The translations under genes and the position numbers were made by a program. Positions 15,365-24,103 of a stretch of 31,348 nt of DNA are shown here, piece after piece; within the stretch, counting starts at the first letter, position 1; every line of letters starts with the position of its first letter. Below the pieces are notes generated by a model. It worked only from the letters and a program-made list of their open reading frames with translations. It did no database searches and was not told where the DNA came from. Source of the stretch: a virus (lineage: Duplodnaviria; Caudoviricetes); IMG/VR virus record IMGVR_UViG_3300025305_000082, positions 1 through 31,348 of that record; one strand, given 5' to 3'.

Positions 15365-18300
15365 TGGCCAACGAGAAACCCTTCACGTATCTTGAGTCTC
15401 TACCCTCAAAGCTGGATGATAAAGACATCCAAGATCAAATTAAATTTCACATAAGTAGAAATAATACTAAAGAACCTAAACATGAATCAAAGAAAATAGT
15501 TTGGAACCCCTTATCTGCACTGCTTTTAGATCCAATGATAGGTCCATCACTGTGGGCACAAAAAGTTAGATACAATAAAAAAATAGCTAAAGGGAAAGTA
15601 GATGAAATAACTAAGAAAGAACAAATTTTATTTGAAAGTAAAACAAATCCTAACGCTTGGTTTTCAAACAAACTAATACCAAGAGATACGAAGAAAGAAG
15701 TTGATATTGTAGCAGACGTAATAGAAGGTGCAGTTACAGGCCCTCCCTTAGCTATTAAATCATTAGCAGAGTTCTTAACGATAGGTATTGATCATAAATT
15801 TGATACCAATTTTACCAAAAAATTAGATGATATCACTAGAGATTTTTTAAAAAATACAGGTGAACCAGAAACATTAGCTGGTGAGATTATGCAAATAGGT
15901 ACTCAATTCCTAATACCCTTTAAAATCATAGATAAAATAATAGGAAACGTTGGAAAATTAAAACATCTCAAAAACAAAACCTTGTTTATGCAAAATGCCA
16001 AACTTGCAGATAAGCATAGATTTATTCGATCGACCGCTGGTCTTGCTCAAAGAATGGGGACTGGAGCTTTATCTTTAGGGGCTACAGATTTTTTAATATC
16101 AGGTGGCGAAAGAAAATTAGATCCTATCTTTTTTAAAAGAACTAAAGAAGAAGGAAAGACAGGTAAAGAATTAGCGGCAGCGAGACTCTCCAACAAAATT
16201 AAATATGGAAAAGAAGGGGCCATGATCGGAGCGGGCTTTCCATTAGTAGGAGTCGCATTTGGAGGATTCGTTAAAACTTTAGGTTTTGGAGTAGGAGTAG
16301 CTTATGACGTACTAGGTAGGGTTGCTAATCCTTTCTACTCAGCTATAACAAAAACATTAGCCAAGGATCCCTTAGTACTTCCAGCTCTAGCTCAAGGCTT
16401 TAGAACTAATGTAGATTTCATGTTTAATCAAATTGGAACACGAGTTGTTTTAACTGGAATGGGCAGAACCAAACAATGGAAAGAGCAACTTCCTGACTAT
16501 CAACAGTGGAGAAAATTTACTGCTGATAATCTTGACGAAGTAAAATCAGGTTTAAAAAAAATAGATAATGCTATTTCTTGGATTCGATCTGCAGGAAAAA
16601 ATACTGCGGAAGCTTTATCTATTAAAGGCTATGCAGGCAGAGAGATCAGAGCTTCAGCAAAAAAAATTCAAGATTTATTAAAAAGTATTGAACTAAAAAA
16701 CTATGAGTTAGCTAAAGGTTTTCAAGAACTGTATAATACTAATAAAACTTCTCCTGCTATCATGAATAAATATGCGGATGAAGCCTTAGAAGTATTGGAA
16801 GGTACAAGAAAATTAACGGATTTACCCGAACTAGTAAGACCGACGGTTAAACTTTTAAAAGACGAACTGCGTAAAATAAACAAAATCTTTAATAAATACG
16901 TACCAGAGGACAAGAATTTTGCTCACGCTTTAAATGGTGCAACAAAAAGAATTGTAAAAAAATCCTTTGCTTTCGTAAGCAATCCTAATTATGCCATGCC
17001 TGTTACAGATCCTATTTTTGTTAAGGCTGCTCAATTCGCTGCACAAGTTATTAGAAAAGATAAAGGTTTAATTGCGGAAGCGATAGGCACTGCAGGAAAA
17101 GGTATTTCTAGATCACAAGCTATCAAAAATTATTCCCAGGTAATGATAAAACAAATCCTAGCTTTAGGAAAAGTAGATAATAGAAATCCTTTTGAAGTCC
17201 TTAGAAAAGTTGGAGAGAGATTAAACTTGGAAGGTTTTTTAAAAGAAGGAGAACAACTACCCAAAGTTATTAATGAATTATTAGGTCAGGAAAGAAATCT
17301 TAGAAACAATGTCTTGTTTACGACATCAAGCATGATGACTGCTGTTGCTAATAAACAAATGTACGACTCCCTAGCAAGAGTTATGTTAAAACAAGGCCAG
17401 GTATTCACGGATCAAAACGCTGCACGAACAGGTAAACAGACAGCGGAAGTTGTTCAAATAGGAAGAATTGATGGATTGTCTGGTTTAAAAACTGAACTAA
17501 GTAACTTATGGACTGATCCTGAAACAGCAAGAATACTTACAACTAATAGAGGACCCTTAGATATCTTGGCACAACTACCCGTGTATGCTTCTTTCCTTCA
17601 ATTTAAAGCGGGGGTTCAATGGGGCAAGACGGTAGGTTCACCTGCTACGGCATCAAGAAACTTTGTAACGGCATCAGACTTTGCGTTGCTGAGAGGATTA
17701 ATTGGTGGTCGGGCTTCAGTGACTAATGCAGTAAAAATGCAGGTAGATGATATCTATCATTCTGGCAAACTGGTAGGTTCAGCTGAAAAAAGACTGTTAG
17801 ATAATATAGACGAAGGAATTAGATACGGGGCACTCGATGAAAACATAGTGGTAACTGAATTAAGAGAATTACTCGCTGCTACCCAAAAAGGAAAAACAAT
17901 TAACTCGTTTGATAGTTTGATCAAAGCGGCTGGTAATGCACGGATCATAGAATTGATGGGTAAACTTTATGCAGGGGGAGACCATGTCTGGAAATGGTAT
18001 GGTTATAATTGGTATAAATCTTTCTTAACGGACTATGCTGGTAAAGGTAAAGTCGGCATGGACAAAATGGTTAAGTGGTTTAGAAATGTAGCTGGCAAAG
18101 AATTGGATAGGTTAAATATCGATGGTACTAAAAAAACTTTAGCCCAAGCGATCAAAGAAGCGTCTGCTTATTATGTAAGAAACACGATGCCTACTTATAG
18201 TAAAGTACCCATGGCTATTAAAGGTGTAAGAAACCTTCCACTTGGAAACTTCGTAGCTTTTCCAGCAGAAACTTTAAGAGGTACATTTAATGTAATGAAT

Positions 18301-19716
18301 ATATCTACCAAAGAAATTCTATCTGGGGATCCCATCTTAAGAGAGATGGGTTACAGAGGCTTGATTGGATTGTTTACTACCCAAGGAGCTAAGGGTATAG
18401 CCATCATGAAAACGTATGGGGCTTTAACAGGTTTAACTCAAGATATTATGAAAGAGTACCAAGCCAATCTAGCTCCAGGCTATCAAAGAAACTCTCAGCT
18501 ATTGGCTATTACTAAAGCGATAAAAGGTAAATTTAAAATGGTCGATCTATCGACCGTCCTTCCCTATGATCAGGTAAGAAGACCGTGGGAAGCGTTGAAC
18601 AATGCGATTATTAAAAAAAGACTGACTAGTCAGAATGCAACCAATTTTGTTCTCGGATTAGCCTTTGATGAAAATGGACCCGTGAGAGAATTCTTTGATC
18701 CATATATTTCTACACCTATTGGTTTAGAAGCGTTTCTTGATATAAAAAGAGGGTATACTAAAACGGGTAAAAAAATCTGGAGCGAGTTGGATTCAGATGA
18801 AGAGAAATGGGATAAATCTTGGTCGTATTTTTATAAACAATTAGAGCCCGGAGCCATTACAACTTTGAGACAATTATATTCTGCATACACAGGGGTTCCA
18901 TATAAAGGAAGAGTGTACGACGAGCACGATGTATTAACGGGTTTAGCGACTGGAGTGAAGCCTTATGATGTAGATGTAAATAAAACCATAGACTTTTTAA
19001 TTAATGATTATACTAAAATTAGATCTAAAGCTTATGACGCAAGTGACATGTATGATTTGGATGCTTACGGAGATGAAGTTAAACAAGACTTTATTAACAT
19101 ACAAAGAAATATTTGGAGAGAACAAAGAAGAATTTATAACGCTATTCAAACAGCTAAAAAATTTGATGTAAGTTACTATGATATTCAAAAAGAAATGAAA
19201 GAAAGAAACATATCACGAGGAGATATTCGCAAAATTTTAAATGGCGAATTTGATGCTATCCCTTTTAGTAAACCAAGATTTGAAGATAAGATTAAAGAAC
19301 TCGAAGAACTTAATCGGGAGTACAATAAAAAACATAACACAAACAGAAGAGTTAATAGAGATTCTTTTTATCCTAAATGGGACTTAAAAGATATTCTAAG
19401 AGACTTAAAATATCAAAGACTAGACGAAGAATTTTTCTATGATAAAATTAAAGAACCTCCAATAGAAATAGAGGATCAAACACGTCTTGTGGTACCTGAT
19501 AAAAAAATAACGTCACTCCCACAAAATACCAATATAAGCACAACTCAAAACGTACCACCAGTCGATGCTAATCTAATTTCTTCCACTAATATGGGTCAAG
19601 GAGTCAATCAAATGACGGGATTGACAAGGAACCAGGAAGTTTTATTATCTCCGAGCGAAAAGTTAATTGCTCAGAGGCAGAACCAAAACAAGCAAGGAAT
19701 TATGGGAATTGTTTAA
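15364..19716 (+). CDS. Large internal virion / ejection protein (1450 aa)
   Basis: Largest ORF and last gene of the virion operon; alpha-helical with hydrophobic Gly-rich segments (GAMIGAGFPLVGVAFGG). Position and size are analogous to large podovirus ejection proteins. Confidence 0.65.
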   Translation: MANEKPFTYLESLPSKLDDKDIQDQIKFHISRNNTKEPKHESKKIVWNPLSALLLDPMIGPSLWAQKVRYNKKIAKGKVDEITKKEQILFESKTNPNAWFSNKLIPRDTKKEVDIVADVIEGAVTGPPLAIKSLAEFLTIGIDHKFDTNFTKKLDDITRDFLKNTGEPETLAGEIMQIGTQFLIPFKIIDKIIGNVGKLKHLKNKTLFMQNAKLADKHRFIRSTAGLAQRMGTGALSLGATDFLISGGERKLDPIFFKRTKEEGKTGKELAAARLSNKIKYGKEGAMIGAGFPLVGVAFGGFVKTLGFGVGVAYDVLGRVANPFYSAITKTLAKDPLVLPALAQGFRTNVDFMFNQIGTRVVLTGMGRTKQWKEQLPDYQQWRKFTADNLDEVKSGLKKIDNAISWIRSAGKNTAEALSIKGYAGREIRASAKKIQDLLKSIELKNYELAKGFQELYNTNKTSPAIMNKYADEALEVLEGTRKLTDLPELVRPTVKLLKDELRKINKIFNKYVPEDKNFAHALNGATKRIVKKSFAFVSNPNYAMPVTDPIFVKAAQFAAQVIRKDKGLIAEAIGTAGKGISRSQAIKNYSQVMIKQILALGKVDNRNPFEVLRKVGERLNLEGFLKEGEQLPKVINELLGQERNLRNNVLFTTSSMMTAVANKQMYDSLARVMLKQGQVFTDQNAARTGKQTAEVVQIGRIDGLSGLKTELSNLWTDPETARILTTNRGPLDILAQLPVYASFLQFKAGVQWGKTVGSPATASRNFVTASDFALLRGLIGGRASVTNAVKMQVDDIYHSGKLVGSAEKRLLDNIDEGIRYGALDENIVVTELRELLAATQKGKTINSFDSLIKAAGNARIIELMGKLYAGGDHVWKWYGYNWYKSFLTDYAGKGKVGMDKMVKWFRNVAGKELDRLNIDGTKKTLAQAIKEASAYYVRNTMPTYSKVPMAIKGVRNLPLGNFVAFPAETLRGTFNVMNISTKEILSGDPILREMGYRGLIGLFTTQGAKGIAIMKTYGALTGLTQDIMKEYQANLAPGYQRNSQLLAITKAIKGKFKMVDLSTVLPYDQVRRPWEALNNAIIKKRLTSQNATNFVLGLAFDENGPVREFFDPYISTPIGLEAFLDIKRGYTKTGKKIWSELDSDEEKWDKSWSYFYKQLEPGAITTLRQLYSAYTGVPYKGRVYDEHDVLTGLATGVKPYDVDVNKTIDFLINDYTKIRSKAYDASDMYDLDAYGDEVKQDFINIQRNIWREQRRIYNAIQTAKKFDVSYYDIQKEMKERNISRGDIRKILNGEFDAIPFSKPRFEDKIKELEELNREYNKKHNTNRRVNRDSFYPKWDLKDILRDLKYQRLDEEFFYDKIKEPPIEIEDQTRLVVPDKKITSLPQNTNISTTQNVPPVDANLISSTNMGQGVNQMTGLTRNQEVLLSPSEKLIAQRQNQNKQGIMGIV

Positions 19717-19934
19717 TGACACCTAAGACGACAAGAGAACACATCATAAGTTTGCACGGCCACGTGACTGGGTTGAAGAAGGATATTGCCAATCTCAAAA
19801 CCAATCACCTGAAACATATGTGCACCGACATTAAGGGCTTGGGTGGCAAGATAGACAAAATCTATTGGGTTCTATTAGCAACGGTGGGGGCCGTCGCATT
19901 TCAACTAGTCAATCTGTTATTTAAAACTATTTAA
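19716..19934 (+). CDS. Holin-like single-TM protein
   Basis: N-terminal coiled coil and C-terminal hydrophobic helix (IYWVLLATVGAVAFQLV), directly before the endolysin. Confidence 0.5.
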   Translation: MTPKTTREHIISLHGHVTGLKKDIANLKTNHLKHMCTDIKGLGGKIDKIYWVLLATVGAVAFQLVNLLFKTI

Positions 19935-20410
19935 TGCAACTATCTAAGAATTTTAGCTTGGTTGAAATGACCAAGTCTCAAATGGCTGAACGCAAGTGTA
20001 TTCCGAATGATCCTAGCCCAGACCATATCGAAAACCTCAGATTGCTCTGTGAGAGGGTCCTACAGCCCGTTAGAGACCATTTTAATCACGTTGTGAGTGT
20101 ATCCTCAGGTTATCGCTCCGCAGCGCTCTGTGTGGCTCTAGGGAGCTCCTCAGACAGCCAACATGCCTCAGGCATGGCAGCGGACTTCGAAATCTACGGA
20201 ACACCCAATGGGGACGTCTTTAACTGGATCAAAGAGAACCTCATGTATGATCAAATGATATTAGAATTCTGGAATCCAGACGAACCCAACTCAGGCTGGG
20301 TGCACGTCGCCTACAACCCTGACCAAGATGAAAATATAAAGGAGAATCTCAGAGCGTATAAAGATGAAGATAATTACACACGATATAAACCTATGTTAGG
20401 AGATGCATAA
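19934..20410 (+). CDS. Peptidase M15 family endolysin
   Basis: LSKNFSL.E..KS, SSGYRS, SQH..G.AADF and WVHV zinc-binding motifs. Confidence 0.9.
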   Translation: MQLSKNFSLVEMTKSQMAERKCIPNDPSPDHIENLRLLCERVLQPVRDHFNHVVSVSSGYRSAALCVALGSSSDSQHASGMAADFEIYGTPNGDVFNWIKENLMYDQMILEFWNPDEPNSGWVHVAYNPDQDENIKENLRAYKDEDNYTRYKPMLGDA

Positions 20411-20526
20411 TGAAATTCTTATGGGAAAAATGCAAAGCATACAAAGAAACTCTCTTGGTAACTACTTTTAATAGATACCAGGGATTAATTCTTTTTTTAA
20501 TGTTACTTGCAATCTGGTATAAATAG
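20410..20526 (+). CDS. 38-aa membrane peptide (not in ORF track)
   Basis: MKFLWEKCKAYKETLLVTTFNRYQGLILFLMLLAIWYK*; TAATG overlap with the endolysin stop; AGGAG upstream. Confidence 0.55.
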   Translation: MKFLWEKCKAYKETLLVTTFNRYQGLILFLMLLAIWYK

Positions 20527-20534
20527 TATATAAT
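20507..20534 (+). promoter_or_regulatory. Sigma70-type promoter for hsp20
   Basis: TTGCAA (20507-20512), 16-nt spacer, TATAAT (20529-20534). Confidence 0.6.
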
Positions 20535-20539
20535 ACGTC

Positions 20540-20594
20540 TGGGTGCTTGAGAAAGGCCCATTTTATTAACTGTCTAAACAAGGAGGTTAAAATG
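20540..20594 (+). promoter_or_regulatory. Structured hsp20 5' UTR, candidate RNA thermometer
   Basis: GAGA-tetraloop hairpin at 20540-20560, then a weak hairpin TTAACTGTCT-AAACA-AGGAGGTTAA (20566-20590) covering the SD. Confidence 0.5.
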
Positions 20595-21044
20595 ACGTTC
20601 AATAAATTACCATCAATCTTTAAGCAACTGAGACCTGTATCGATTGGGTTCGATAATCTTTTCGATCACTTCGAAAATTTTTTCGACGACGATCAGTTCT
20701 TTCGTTCATCGCTTACATCTACATTTCCTTTTTACAATATTGTAAAAAAAGGAGACGATAAATATGATATCGAACTAGCTTTAGCAGGCTACGACAAGAA
20801 GGATATTTCGGTAGAGTATGCGGATAACTTGTTGCATATAAAGTCGATCAAGGAAACTAAATCTGACACAGATAAAGATGGAGTGATTCATCAAGGAATC
20901 GCAAAGAGATACTTCTCTAAAACGTTTACCATCGCTGACGATGTAGAAATCGAAGGTGCTGAGTTAAAAAACGGATTATTAAAAGTATCCCTGCATCAGA
21001 TTGTTCCTGAAGGCAAAAAGCCGAAAAAAATAACTGTAAAATAG
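20592..21044 (+). CDS. hsp20: Small heat-shock protein (Hsp20/IbpA family)
   Basis: IGFD.LF, FP.YNIVK, IELALAG, HQGIA.R.F...F and A.L.NGLL motifs. AGGAGG supports ATG 20592 rather than TTG 20547. Confidence 0.95.
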   Translation: MTFNKLPSIFKQLRPVSIGFDNLFDHFENFFDDDQFFRSSLTSTFPFYNIVKKGDDKYDIELALAGYDKKDISVEYADNLLHIKSIKETKSDTDKDGVIHQGIAKRYFSKTFTIADDVEIEGAELKNGLLKVSLHQIVPEGKKPKKITVK

Positions 21045-21080
21045 TGGATTGAAAATTTTACTACGCCTCGCGCGTATATC

Positions 21081-21665
21081 CTACTTTTTCGGGGATGTAA
21101 TGTCCCCGGAGATGATCTTCTTTCCTTTACGTATATTATCAATAGCCCACAACGGTTGAAGATTGATATAATGAAAACATTTCTTCTGTTGTTCAGGATC
21201 TGAAAAATCAAAACTAGCACAAGGTATGATATGGTCTACATGCCATAGACCGTGATTTTTTCGTGTCATTCCGGCTTGAAATTTCTTTTCCAAGTGATCC
21301 CAGAACTCTTTGAGAGAACAACCAACTAATTTCATGGTTGAATCTGATTTCATCTTTCCTTTTAAAGCTGTCCATATCCTTGCTCTTAAATTTTTCTTTA
21401 ATCTGTAATTTAAATCTATGCAAAGTTTATGCCTATCATATTTAACTATACGTCTTATTATTCGTTCTTTATTTTTTAAATAGTATTTTTTACTGTATTC
21501 TTTCACTTGGTCTCCAATTCTTAAGTGATATCTTTTCCAGTATTCTCTTATTTTTTCTTTATTTTTTAATCGGTATTCTTTTTTTCGTTTTTCTATTTGT
21601 TCTTTATTTTTTAAATAATATTTTTTATTGTACTCTCTTTTTCTCTCTGAAGTTTTAAGTGGCAT
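21081..21665 (-). CDS. Free-standing HNH (homing-type) endonuclease
   Basis: C-terminal WHVDHIIP...HY.NLQPLW...N..K and N-terminal KEY.KKYYLKNKE repeats. ATG at 21665 overlaps the helicase stop (TAATG). Very A-rich coding strand. Confidence 0.85.
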   Translation of the reverse strand: MPLKTSERKREYNKKYYLKNKEQIEKRKKEYRLKNKEKIREYWKRYHLRIGDQVKEYSKKYYLKNKERIIRRIVKYDRHKLCIDLNYRLKKNLRARIWTALKGKMKSDSTMKLVGCSLKEFWDHLEKKFQAGMTRKNHGLWHVDHIIPCASFDFSDPEQQKKCFHYINLQPLWAIDNIRKGKKIISGDITSPKK

Positions 21666-23212
21666 TAAATCCAAGCTTTTAGCTTTTCGCCCATAATTTC
21701 AGTGGCGATGTTCACTTTCTTGCGGAGGGCTTTGACGATTTTTTCGTCAATCGTGTCTTCCGCAAGAATATCAATATAAGTCATCGGTTTTTTCTGACCA
21801 ATACGATCAATTCTTTCGGAGGCGATGTTAACTTTCTTGCGGAGGGATTTGACGATTTTTTCATCGACAGTTTCTTCCGCGAGAATATCCACATAGGTCA
21901 CAGGCTTATGCTGCCCGATTCGGTGAGCACGGTCCTCGGACTGTAATCGTTTCTCAAGGTCATAGCCGTTAGAGTAGTAAATCACGTTATTCGCTGCAGT
22001 TAAGGTTATTCCGTATCCGCCCGTTTGAGGCGTTCCCACTAAAAAACGGCATTTTTTATTTTCTTGAAATTTCTTGCGGTTGATCGTTCGTTGATCCTGG
22101 GGCGTTAATCCGTAATAATCAACCACGGAGCTCGGACCATATTCTTTTTTAATGGCTTTAAGAATAGTTTTAATGTCAGCTTGCCAATGAGCCCAAATAA
22201 TGGCCTTACCTTCAACTTCTTCTAAAACGTCCATTAATTCTGATAAGCGATTACTCTTGATTTTTTGAATCGTGCCATCATCTGCTTTAAAATGTCCACA
22301 GGTAATCTGTTGTAATCTCATTAATTGAGTAAGTACATTCATCGTAGTAATGGTTTTTCCGTTTAACGTGGCTAAAGCTTCTTGTTTCATTTGTTCATAA
22401 ACTCTTTCTTGCTCCGAAGTAAGGGTAATGATTCTTTTCATATAAATTTTCTCAGGAAGATCTAAACAATCCTCTTTTAAAACACGGTAGGAAAAAGGTT
22501 TTAATTTCTCAGAGAGTTCTTCCAAATTTTTAAATCCATTTACTAAATTAATCATTCTTCCAGCAACATTAATCTGTCGCATCTCTGCATATCTGTTTCT
22601 AAAGGCATAATAAGATGCAAAATCTAAAAGATAAGGATCCAAAAATTCACACTGTGAGTAAAGATCCAATGGATTTCGAGTTACTGGAGAACCAGTTAAA
22701 ATTCTTCGATAACTCGCTAAATGGGATAGATCAATAATATTTTTGGTACGTTTCGCTTTTGGATTTTTAATGGTTGTACTTTCATCAACCACCATTAAAG
22801 ATTTATGAGATCTTATAAATTTAGCAGCGAAAGTTCTTCCTTTATCCGTACTTAGGGCTTCAACATTCATAATTAAAATATGAAGATCTTCTCCAGTTTC
22901 AAAAAGTTGATTTAATTTGGATTGTTGTTTTTGATTAATATTGGCTTGCCATAATACCGTTACAGCTTCTATATGCGTTGCTAAATGGGCTGGAAGTTCC
23001 TGAGTCGCCCAAGTACTGATTACCCCTTTCGGAGCAATAATTAAACATCCATCAATCTTACCTTTGTCATAAAGCATAGCCATATTGTCGATGAGTACTT
23101 TAGTTTTACCAGTTCCCATCTCCATGAAATAGGCATACGTTTCCCTATTCCAGGATTTTTCTAATGCAGTCAGCTGATGCTGATAAGGTTTCGTTTTAAA
23201 TCTATACTCCAT
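21665..23212 (-). CDS. SNF2-family (SF2) DNA helicase
   Basis: MEMGTGKT (I), DEST (II), TGSP (III), GGYGITLT (V), QSEDRAHRIGQ (VI). Likely start MEYRFKTKPY at 23212. Confidence 0.92.
   Translation of the reverse strand: MEYRFKTKPYQHQLTALEKSWNRETYAYFMEMGTGKTKVLIDNMAMLYDKGKIDGCLIIAPKGVISTWATQELPAHLATHIEAVTVLWQANINQKQQSKLNQLFETGEDLHILIMNVEALSTDKGRTFAAKFIRSHKSLMVVDESTTIKNPKAKRTKNIIDLSHLASYRRILTGSPVTRNPLDLYSQCEFLDPYLLDFASYYAFRNRYAEMRQINVAGRMINLVNGFKNLEELSEKLKPFSYRVLKEDCLDLPEKIYMKRIITLTSEQERVYEQMKQEALATLNGKTITTMNVLTQLMRLQQITCGHFKADDGTIQKIKSNRLSELMDVLEEVEGKAIIWAHWQADIKTILKAIKKEYGPSSVVDYYGLTPQDQRTINRKKFQENKKCRFLVGTPQTGGYGITLTAANNVIYYSNGYDLEKRLQSEDRAHRIGQHKPVTYVDILAEETVDEKIVKSLRKKVNIASERIDRIGQKKPMTYIDILAEDTIDEKIVKALRKKVNIATEIMGEKLKAWI
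21698..21931 (-). repeat. Imperfect in-frame tandem duplication (2 x 117 bp) at the helicase 3' end
   Basis: RAHRIGQHKPVTYVDILAEETVDEKIVKSLRKKVNIASE (21815-21931) followed by RIDRIGQKKPMTYIDILAEDTIDEKIVKALRKKVNIATE (21698-21814); 30/39 aa identical. Confidence 0.95.
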
Positions 23213-23222
23213 TTTTTCTTTC

Positions 23223-23251
23223 TTGACAGAAAGTCTATCATAGTTTATAAT
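23223..23251 (+). promoter_or_regulatory. Consensus sigma70 promoter (rightward, replication module)
   Basis: TTGACA (23223-23228), 17-nt spacer, TATAAT (23246-23251). Confidence 0.88.
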
Positions 23252-23260
23252 GTTTGTCAA
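23232..23260 (-). promoter_or_regulatory. Sigma70 promoter (leftward, helicase/HNH)
   Basis: On the minus strand: TTGACA (23260-23255), 17-nt spacer, TAGACT (23237-23232). Confidence 0.75.
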
Positions 23261-23261
23261 T

Positions 23262-23663
23262 ATGCCAGAAAGTATAGATTATAAAACTATGAAAGAGGGA
23301 TATAAACCTACAGTTTATGTCATTCAAGAAATCGCAGGTACTCGTATTGGTAGACCTAAAATCAATATTTTAGGGGCATCTCAATATGGGGAATTTAAAT
23401 TCTTATTACCGGAACTTTCCCAAATCATTTTCTCACCTGGACCTATGATATTCAAACTTAGAAAACTTTTAAAAAATTTTACCAAAGAAGACTTTCTTTT
23501 ACTCACAGGAGATCCTGCACTTATTCTAATAGCAGGAGTCATTGCCAGTGAAAATACAAACGGGAAATTTAAACTATTAAAATGGGATAAACAAGAACGT
23601 AGATATTATCCGATTTCAATCAACATTTATGAAAAAGGAGAATTAAATGAAGGAAAAGAATAA
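23262..23663 (+). CDS. Hypothetical phage protein
   Basis: VYVIQE...NILGASQYG...DFLLLTGDP...LKWDKQE..Y. ATG 23250 overlaps the -10 box, so 23262 (or later) is more likely. Confidence 0.75.
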   Translation: MPESIDYKTMKEGYKPTVYVIQEIAGTRIGRPKINILGASQYGEFKFLLPELSQIIFSPGPMIFKLRKLLKNFTKEDFLLLTGDPALILIAGVIASENTNGKFKLLKWDKQERRYYPISINIYEKGELNEGKE

Positions 23664-23832
23664 AATTATTATTACAACCCCTAATATTAGTTCTAAACAA
23701 TGGTCAACTTTATTGTTAGAATTAAATCTTATGAAAAATTCTTGGAGACCATTTGGTGTAAAACTAGATATACAGGCTAGAAATTTTCAAAGAACAATAG
23801 ATTGGGGAACTAAAAAACATGACGAATTATAA
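23647..23832 (+). CDS. Hypothetical protein (61 aa)
   Basis: RBS AAGGAG; overlaps neighbours in the operon. Confidence 0.65.
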   Translation: MKEKNKIIITTPNISSKQWSTLLLELNLMKNSWRPFGVKLDIQARNFQRTIDWGTKKHDEL

Positions 23833-24103
23833 AGATTGGCATTATTATAAATTAAAAGGAAGACTGGAAAAGGCTCAAAGCTGGGAAAAGGATTTTTTAG
23901 AAACCGAACGTCAAATAGCCATCAGCGACCAAGTGACGCAGGCTTTGGGAAAAGAGGCCCCTATTACTTACTTTTTAACAAATTTATTAAATTTTCCTAT
24001 ATTATGCTTGACATTCATAAAAAAAGGTTTAATATACCAATCATACAAGAAATGTAAAAAAGAAATAGAACTAATACAGGAGGAAATAAAAAAATATGAA
24101 TAA
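23819..24103 (+). CDS. Hypothetical protein (94 aa)
   Basis: Fills the operon gap with short overlaps; contains one hydrophobic stretch. Confidence 0.6.
   Translation: MTNYKDWHYYKLKGRLEKAQSWEKDFLETERQIAISDQVTQALGKEAPITYFLTNLLNFPILCLTFIKKGLIYQSYKKCKKEIELIQEEIKKYE
24008..24035 (+). promoter_or_regulatory. Internal sigma70 promoter candidate
   Basis: TTGACA (24008-24013), 16-nt spacer, TAATAT (24030-24035), about 60 nt upstream of the 24096 gene. Confidence 0.45.

Noticed and set aside
135-19188. Numerous short antisense or alternate-frame ORFs (e.g. 5146..5478, 8168..8428, 13845..14129, 15447..15671)
   Set aside because: They lie within well-supported, translationally coupled plus-strand genes and show no recognisable motifs.
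20546-20563. Sigma32 heat-shock promoter (CTTGAGA...CCCATTT) before hsp20
   Set aside because: The spacer is only about 4 nt instead of 13-15; better explained as the arms of an RNA hairpin.
21698-21931. Helicase repeat as a diversity-generating retroelement TR/VR pair
   Set aside because: Differences are not adenine-specific (GGG/GGT, CTC/CTT, CCT/CCG) and no reverse transcriptase is present in the window.
23213-23260. Tracked extended starts for the helicase (TTG 23260) and for the 23250 ORF
   Set aside because: Both fall inside the promoter boxes; ATG 23212 (-) and ATG 23262 (+) fit better.
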